From an uncultured delta proteobacterium (GTDB lineage: Bacteria > Myxococcota_A > Polyangia > Haliangiales > Haliangiaceae): DNA of 64,000 nucleotides. Under the pieces are notes generated by a model that saw only the letters and a program-made list of their open reading frames with translations, was not told where the DNA came from and did no database searches. This document shows positions 58,249 through 64,000 of this stretch, piece after piece. Location: contig CAVUQH010000003.1 in assembly GCA_963743525.1 (NCBI GenBank), forward strand, positions 1,207,221 to 1,271,220, in the 5' to 3' direction. Position numbers and translations under genes: made by a program. How positions within the stretch are numbered: the first letter of the stretch is position 1; each line of letters opens with the position of its first letter.

Positions 58249-60279
58249 TTACCGCGGGTTGCGGGTGCCCACCCGGTGAAGGCCGAGCTCGACGCCTCGC
58301 CCGAGGCTGCGGGTGACCACACCGGCCATCAGCGCGGCCAGGGCGGCCATCAGGAGCAGGTAGTCGTGGCTGCCGGTGTTGGGAAGCGTCGGCGAGCTGG
58401 TCGGGCTGCCGGGGCTGGTCGGCGTGGCCGGGGCGGCGGCCGAGGCGAAGCTCGAGTTGAGCGCCACGGTGCCGAGCTGCGTGCCGACACCCAGCGTGGA
58501 CAAACCGTCGAGCAGGTCGCCGAGCGGGAGAGCGTCGAGCGCCGTGCGCAGCTGACCGAGGGCGTCGCCGAGGCCGGTCGGGATGTCGATGGCACCGGTC
58601 ACCGGCTCGAGGCCGGAGAGGTCGATGGCGCCGGTGACGGCGTCGACGGGCACATCCAGGCCGCTGAGCTCGGCGTCGAGCTGGCCGACCAGCGCATCGA
58701 GCTGGGCCAGCAGATCGTCGACCGTGCCGGTGAGGCTCACCGGGGCGATGCCCAGCGTCAGGGCGGTGATGCCGGCGGTGGCCGTGCTCAGCCCGTTGGC
58801 GTCGGGCGGCGTGGTGCCGCTGGCGCTCGGGGTCGGGCCGGCGAGGCTGACCGCCGGGAACCGGGGCCGAGACGGGCAGGACCGACAGGCGCGTCGGTGA
58901 TGGTCTCACCGAGGCCGGTCACGGCGGCACCGAGGTCGGCGCACGTCGGGACGGGCACGGCCTGGCCGAGCACCTTGAGCCCGTCGGCGGCGCACGTCGC
59001 CGTGCCGGTGCCGCCGGTGGCGTCGGCCACGGTGTCGAGCACCAGGCTCAGGTCACCGATGTCGAGCAGCGAGCCGCCGCCCAGCGCACCGAGCAGGTCG
59101 AGGCGCAGCTGCGACAGGTCGAGCCCGCCGAGCAGGCCGTCGAGCTGGCTGAGCAGGCCTTCGAGCTGGCTGGTCAGGTCGTTCACCTGGCTGACCAGGG
59201 CGGCGATCTGCGGCGACAGGCTGGCCACGTCGGCCAGGGCGGCGTCGAGGGCGTCCTGCGCCGCCGTCAGCGCCGATTGGGCGCTGGCCAGCGTGCTCTG
59301 GGCCGAGGTCAGCTGGCTCTGCAGCGTGGTGAGCTGCGAGGTGAGCGTGGCAGATCTGCAGCGCGTGGCGGTGATCGGATCGAGGGCGCTGATCTGGGAG
59401 TTGCAGCGTCGGCTGATCTGGCTCTGGAGGCTGGTGACGGTCGCCTGGGAGCTCGGTCACGTTGCTGGTGGCGGAGGTGACGGCGTTCTGGAGCGTCGAC
59501 AGCGTGGCGTCGCCGGCGATGGCGTCGCTGAGCAGGCCCTGGGCGCCGGCGAGGTCGCCGGCGGCGGCCACCGCACCCTCGAGCGTGGACTGGAGCTGGT
59601 CGAACGAGGCGATCCGGCTGGTCAGGTCACCGGAGAGCGGAAGGCCCAGCGTGTCGATCAGGTCGAGGAGGGTGCCGAGCGGCAGGGCGTCGAGCACGTC
59701 GGCGGGCAGGAGATCGTCCAGGCCGAGCTCGAGGCCGCTGAGCTGCAGGGTCACGGCGCTGCCCGAGGCGGTCGGGGTGGCGCTGGTGGACACCTGCTGG
59801 GCGTCGATGGTGGTGCCCAGTCCGAGCGGCGTGGTGAGCTCGCCGCCCAGGGCGGAGAGCTTGGTCAGGGCGCTGTCGCTGGTGGACTGGACGGCCCAGT
59901 CGACCAGGTTGACGGCGGCGCTGACGCCGCCGGCGCCCACCTGGCGGCTCTCGTTGCCGGACTGGTCGCCGTCGGCGGTCGAGTAGTCGAGCGCGGGGGC
60001 GACGTCGCCGGCGGCGCTGAGCCCCTCGAGGGCCAGGCGGGCGACGGGGTTGTCGACGTTGGTGGCCGAGGCGATCAGGGTGCCGATCGTCGTGTCGACG
60101 TCGACCGGCAGGCCGTCGACCGTCAGGGACGCCGGCACGACCTGCAGGTCGGACGTGCCCGAGCCCGGTGCGGCGGTCTGGGACTGTGCGGGGCCGACGA
60201 CGCCCACCACCAGCACGGCGGCGCCAGCGGCGGCGGCAAGGGGACGCAATCGACGGAAACGTCCGGTCGGGACAGACAT
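58249..60279 (-). CDS. Secreted LPXTG-anchored surface protein with central coiled coil (frameshifted)
   Basis: Signal peptide ..VVGPAQS; Q/L/S/T heptad-rich middle; C-terminal Pro/Thr spacer, LPNTG, hydrophobic segment, Arg tail. Confidence 0.75.
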
Positions 60280-60437
60280 GTGTGACCTCGTTCAGGGTTC
60301 GCCCAGCAGTACGCCACAACGGTTCCATCTACGAGGGACCGGCGATAGGCCCCGAATTGGTCAAATCGCGGCGACAACCGGACTAGTCACCCAGCGTTCC
60401 GGCACACCCACGCTGCGCGCGCCTACCGTCTCCGGTG

Positions 60438-61802
60438 ATGCCAGAACCACTCGATCTCGACGCCGTCGGCCAGGCGGACCTGGTCCGACGTGGCGAGGTG
60501 TCACCGGCCGAACTGGTGGACGCCGCCATCGCCCGCATCGAGGACCGGAACCCGGTGCTCAACGCCGTCATCCACGAGCGCTTCGAGGCGGCCCGGGCAG
60601 AGGCGGCCGGCGACCTCCCCGACGGCCCCTTCCGCGGCGTTCCCTTCCTGGTCAAGGACGCCGTGTGCGCCATGGCCGGCGAGCCCGACCACGCCGGCAT
60701 GGCGTTCCTGAAGCGGCGTGGCCACGTGGCCCAGACCGACCAGTGGCTGGCCGAGCGCTACCGGGCCGCCGGGTTCGTGATCCTCGGCCGCACCAACCTG
60801 CCCGAGCTGGCGCTCGCGCCCACCACCGAGCCCGAGGCCTACGGACCGACCCACAACCCCCACGACCTCGAGCGCACGCCCGGTGGCTCGTCCGGCGGCT
60901 CGGCAGCGGCGGTGGCCGACGGCTGGGTCGCCGCCGCCCACGGCAACGACATGGGCGGGTCGATCCGCATCCCGTCATCGTGCTGCGGCCTGGTCGGCCT
61001 GAAGCCGTCGCGGGCCCGCACGACCATCGGCCCGGCCTTCGGCGAGTACTGGGGGCAGATGACGCACGAGCACGTGCTGTGCCGCTCGGTCCGGGACACC
61101 GCCGCCATCCTCGACGCCACCGCCGGACCCGGCCCGGGCGACCCCTACACCGCTCCCCCGCCCCGCCGGCCCTGGGCCGACGAGGTCGGCGCCGACCCCG
61201 GCCGCCTGCGGGTCGGCGTGATGCGCGGCTCGCCGTTCGCCGAGACCGACGACGAGTGCGTGGCCGCCGCCGACGAGCTGTCCCGACGCCTGGCCGACGC
61301 CGGCCACGAGATCGTCGAGTCCTACCCCGCCGCCCTCGACGACCCGACGGGGACGATGCCGTACGTGACGATGGTGAACGTCCACGTCGCCTCGGAGCTG
61401 GCCCGCATCGGCCGATTGGTCGGCGAGGAGATCACCGAGGCCGACGTCGAGCCCAACACGTGGGCCCAGGCCGAGGCCGGCCGGGCCGTCGATGCCGTCA
61501 CCTACTGGGAGGCCATCGAGGCCATGCACGCCTGGAGCCGGCGGGTGGCGGTCTGGTGGGAGGATCACGACCTGCTGGTGACCCCGACCATGGGCACGGT
61601 GCCGCCCAAGCTCGGCGAGGCCGAGGTGTTCGCCATGGTGGCCTTCGCCCTGCCGTTCAACGTCACCGGGCAGCCGGCCATCAGCCTGCCGGTGCACACG
61701 ACCGGCGCCGGCCTGCCGGTCGGCGCCCAGCTGGTCGGCGCCTACGGGCGCGAGGACCAGGTCATCGCTGCGTCGGCGCAGGTCGCTCAGACCGCTGCGT
61801 AG
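60438..61802 (+). CDS. Amidase (amidase-signature family)
   Basis: GVPFLVKD, GRTNLPEL, TPGGSSGGS, NDMGGSIRIPSS. Confidence 0.93.
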   Translation: MPEPLDLDAVGQADLVRRGEVSPAELVDAAIARIEDRNPVLNAVIHERFEAARAEAAGDLPDGPFRGVPFLVKDAVCAMAGEPDHAGMAFLKRRGHVAQTDQWLAERYRAAGFVILGRTNLPELALAPTTEPEAYGPTHNPHDLERTPGGSSGGSAAAVADGWVAAAHGNDMGGSIRIPSSCCGLVGLKPSRARTTIGPAFGEYWGQMTHEHVLCRSVRDTAAILDATAGPGPGDPYTAPPPRRPWADEVGADPGRLRVGVMRGSPFAETDDECVAAADELSRRLADAGHEIVESYPAALDDPTGTMPYVTMVNVHVASELARIGRLVGEEITEADVEPNTWAQAEAGRAVDAVTYWEAIEAMHAWSRRVAVWWEDHDLLVTPTMGTVPPKLGEAEVFAMVAFALPFNVTGQPAISLPVHTTGAGLPVGAQLVGAYGREDQVIAASAQVAQTAA

Positions 61803-62933
61803 ACCTCGGTGAGCAGGGCTTCGGCCGTGGGCCCGCCGATGATGCCGGGTGCCATCTGGTTCATCATGTAGGCGAAGGTCATCCGGCGGTCGAGGTCGTT
61901 GATGACGACGGAACCGCCCCAGCCGCCCCAGAAGCAGATGCGGGCGTCGGCGGGCAGGTACGGGATGCTCTCGGCCACCGGGAGTCCGTAGCCGATCCCG
62001 AACCGCAGCGGCAGGCCGAGCACGAGATCGATGCCGTCGGCCTGGACCTCGAAGATGCGGTCGATGGTGGCCGGCGACAGCAGCGTGACGTCGTCGAGCG
62101 TGCCGCCGTTGGCGACCACCGACTGGATGCGGGCGACCGAGCGGGCGTTGCCGTGGCCGTTGGCGGCACCGATCTCGGCGCGGCGCCACGCCTCGGTGTT
62201 GGCGAGCGCCGCCTCGACCGGCGGGCCGGTGAACGTCTTGACCGCCGGCGAGTCGAGGTCCATCTGCTCGAGGTCGAAGGTCCAGCGGCGGAGGCGGGAC
62301 CACCGGCGACACGCGGGCGTCGTGCTCCGGCGGCCAGCCCGATGTGGAAGTCGGCGCCCAGCGGCCCGGCGATCTCGTCGGCGAAGAACTGCGCCGAGCG
62401 AGCGGCCGGCGATGCGGCGGACGACCTCACCGATGAGGTGACCGAAGTTGATGGCGTGGTAGCCCGACGCCGTGCCCGGCTCCCACCACGGTGCCTGGGC
62501 GGCCAGGATCTCCGCCGAGCGATCCTGGTCGTAGATCGTCCTCGGCCTCGACGGGCTGGGCCCAGCCCGCTCACCCCCGAGGTGTGGGACAGCAGGTGGC
62601 GGACGAGCACGCCGTCCTTGCCGTTGGCGGCGAACTCGGGCCAGTAGGTGGCGACCGGGGCGTCGAGATCGAGCTGCGCCACGGTCGGACAGCACCAGCG
62701 CGCACAGCGCCGTCATGGTCTTGGTGGTGGACCAGACGTTGACGATGGTGTCGCGCTGCCACGGGCTGGGTGCGGTCCTGGTCGACGAAGCCGCCCCAGA
62801 AGTCGGCGACCATCTCGCCCTCGATGCTGATGGCGACCGATGCGCCGAGGTCGCCGCCGTCGTCGATCGAGCGCGCCAGCGCGTCGGCGACCTTGCGGAA
62901 CTGCTCCGGGCACGAACCCGAGATCTCGGCCAT
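61787..62933 (-). CDS. Serine hydrolase, beta-lactamase/EstB-like (frameshifted)
   Basis: WSTTK (SxxK), [30 protein letters not shown]. Confidence 0.9.
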
Positions 62934-62955
62934 GCTGGCTCCTTCCCCGTTTGAG

Positions 62956-63917
62956 TCAGCGAGCGTAGGCGCGCAGCGGTGGCTCCTCGGACACCTGGCG
63001 GTGCTCGGCCAGCGCCTGGGCGCCGTTGCCGTAGAGGAGCACGTTGCCACCGACCACGTCGGCAGCGGTCTCGGGCGGGGCCCACGGCTGCAGGCAGGTT
63101 TCGGGCCCGACCGTGGATGGATCGACCGGTCCTGGCACGTCGAGCGTGCCCAGGACCAGCTTCCACACGACCGGGTCGCTGTTGAGGCCGGCGTGGTGCA
63201 CGGGGCGTCCGGGGCACAGGTCCTGGATGGCGACGTTGGTCGCACCGTCGAGGACGGCGGTGGTCGACGGCTCGACCAGCTCGTCGGTCTGGCTGTAGAT
63301 GCTGGACCACGATGCCCCGCCGGGCGTCTCGTCGCCCCGGTTGAGCGCGGCGATGAACGCCGAATCGGTGCGCATCTGCCACACGGCCGGCGCGCAGGAG
63401 CCGGCGGCACAGGCGACGTCGGCGATGGCCGTGCCGTGGTGCGGACCGGCCAGCAGGATGACGTCGTCGACCGCCTTGCGGACGTCGGGCCACCACTTGA
63501 TGGCCCACCGGGGCACGATCGAGCCCTGCGAGTGCCCGATGATGTCGACGCGACCGTGGGTCCGGGCCAGGATCCGCACGGCGGCGACCACGTACTCGGC
63601 CGAGGTCTGGATGTCCTCGAGCGCCCGGTCGGGCAGGTGGACCTCGCAGACGTCGCGGCCGGTGGTGGCCAGGTGCTTGCCGTAGTTCCAGTCCCAGTGC
63701 TCCTCGGCGGTGACGGCGGTGCCGTGCACGAGCAGGACGACCTCACGCTTCGGATGGGTGAAGCGCTGGGGCAGGTCAGCGCCGCCGCGAGCTTCGCCGC
63801 CGGCTCCCGCAGCTTCGGCCCGGGGCCGTCGACCGGGCACCCCTGGCCGGCGTCGGCGGGAGCGACCCCCGCGACAAGCAGTCCAGCGGCGGCGAGCAGG
63901 ACGACCATGCGGCGCAT
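62956..63917 (-). CDS. Secreted lipase/esterase (alpha/beta, CalB-like; one frameshift)
   Basis: Signal peptide, VLLVHGT, GHSQG, YSQTDELV, QDLCPGRPVHH. Confidence 0.88.
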
Positions 63918-64000
63918 GAGCGGTGCTTCGGCGCCGGAGGCGTGGTCTCCTGTCCGCCTGCGGTGTCCACTCTGTGGGACGCGGCCGGCGACGAGGTCGC

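Overview
A very GC-rich actinobacterial chromosome segment. Gene content and style suggest Acidimicrobiia (inference). About 65 CDS and 2 tRNAs (Gln-CTG, Glu-CTC) are supported; no CRISPR, rRNA, integrase, transposase or prophage is seen. Many genes carry single-base frameshifts in patches, including typA, leuBCD and ino1. These look like long-read or assembly indels, so the coordinates of those genes are reconstructed and approximate. Housekeeping and metabolic content: PhoH2, WhiB, ino1, tag, an osmoprotectant ABC transporter, typA, ald, cimA-ilvE-leuB, IclR-leuCD and greA. The top candidate for an undescribed system is a minus-strand three-gene unit at about 50130-52814. It starts with a 36-aa ORF missing from the ORF track (MLRWDDRKKAKLYRVLAAMGSLVAVSAALGAPWKWT, strong RBS) that looks like a signal peptide with a short WKW tail. 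Next come a polytopic membrane GGDEF-EAL protein and a translationally coupled DUF5317-type membrane protein with signal-peptidase-II-like aspartate motifs. I read these as precursor, receptor and processing protease of a peptide signal feeding into c-di-GMP. Also notable: a ba3-type oxidase operon led by a membrane-anchored blue-copper protein, two stand-alone NuoF-like paralogues, a head-to-head AI-2E pair sharing a 20-bp bidirectional promoter, and several operator-like repeats. All family names come from motif recognition; no database search was run.
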